From: Sphyrna mokarran
Taxonomy: Eukaryota
DNA: 64,000 bases
Assembly: GCA_024679065.1 (NCBI GenBank)
Contig: JAGIQG010000040.1
Coordinates: 7,564,001 to 7,628,000, forward strand
Direction: 5' to 3'
Shown here piece after piece: positions 62,971 to 64,000 of this stretch. Under the pieces are notes generated by a model that was not told the DNA's origin, searched no databases, and saw only the letters and a program-made list of their open reading frames with translations. Both the position numbers and the translations under genes were made by a program. The first letter of the stretch is position 1, and the number at the start of each line of letters is the position of its first letter.

Positions 62971-64000
62971 CATAGAACATAGAACATAGAACAATACAGC
63001 ACAGAACAGGCCCTTCGGCCTTCGATGTTGTGCCGACCAAAATAAAAAGCAATGCCCCTCCTAACTACACCATTCCCTTCTCATCCATATACTTATCCAC
63101 TAACCTCTTAAACGCCACCAAACTTGGCGCATCTACAACAGCTGCAGGCAGGGCATTCCACTCCTAATCACTCTTTGAGTAAAGAACCTACCTCTGATAT
63201 CCGTCCTATAACTCATACCCCTTAATTTAAAGTTGTGTCCCCTCGTGCTAGCTTTCTCCATCCTATGAAAAAGGCTATCACTGTCCACCCTATCCAAACC
63301 TCTAATTATCTTATATGCTTCAATAAGATCCCCCCTTAGCCGCCTCCTTTCTAACGAAAACAACCTCAAATCCTTCAACCTCTCTTCAACCTCCTCTGCC
63401 CTCCATACCAGGCAACATCCTAGTAAACCTCCTCTGTACCCTCTCCAATGCCTCCACATCTTTCTTATAATGTGGTGACCAGAACTGCACACAATACTCC
63501 AAGTGCGGCCGCACTAGAGTTTTGTACAGCTGCAACATGATGCTGCGGCTCTTAAATTCAATCCCCCTACCAATAAAAGCGAAGACTCCATAAGCCTTCT
63601 TAACAACTTTATCCACTTGACTGCCTACTTTCAGGGATCTATTGACACATACACCAAGATCCTTCTGTTCCTCAACACTATTAAGAGCCCTACCATTAGC
63701 CCTATACTCTACACATTTATTGTTCCTGCCAAAGTGCATTACCTCACACTTTTCCACATTAAACTCCATTTGCCACCTCTCGGCCCAGCTCTGCAACTTG
63801 TCCAGTCACTCTGTAAACTAAAACACCCCTCTTCACTATCTACCACACCACCAACTTTAGTATCATCTGCAAATTTACTGATCCATCCCTCAATACCCTC
63901 ATCCAGATCATTTATAAAAATTACAAACAGCAGGGGCCCCAAAACAGACCCCTGAGGCACACCACTCGTCACCGAACTCCACGATGAATATCTCCCATCA
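62967..64000 (-). mobile_element. CR1 family 2 3' part, nested antisense in the preceding copy, running off the window
   Basis: (ATAGAAC)n tail at 62967; [14 protein letters not shown] at 63739-63972. Confidence 0.92.

Overview
Eukaryotic, AT-rich, retroelement-dense genomic DNA, most consistent with a cartilaginous fish (shark): it holds a VNAR-type Ig domain, tRNA-head V-SINE/HE1-like SINEs and CR1 LINEs with (GTTCTAT)n tails. Host genes: (1) a minus-strand IgNAR/NAR-TCR-type V gene (leader exon 2577-2619, V exon 2120-2452) in which V, CDR3 and J are already fused in frame in the genome, with no RSS and the leader intron retained; (2) a cluster of three two-exon GPR139/GPR142-like class A GPCR paralogs: A (-, 27420-27489 + 19165-20072, 325 aa, intact), B (-, 38075-38144 + 33253-34160, pseudogene) and C (+, 47747-47816 + 51582-52501, 329 aa, intact). 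The rest is mostly several CR1 families, Rex1/Babar-like LINE pieces, about 20 SINEs, Penelope-like palindromes carrying minimal hammerhead-ribozyme motifs, a decayed R2-like endonuclease fragment outside rDNA, and a complex templated duplication/inversion at 35.5-36.4 kb. Most short ORFs in the track are TE-derived or spurious. All homology calls are from recalled family motifs; no database search was run.
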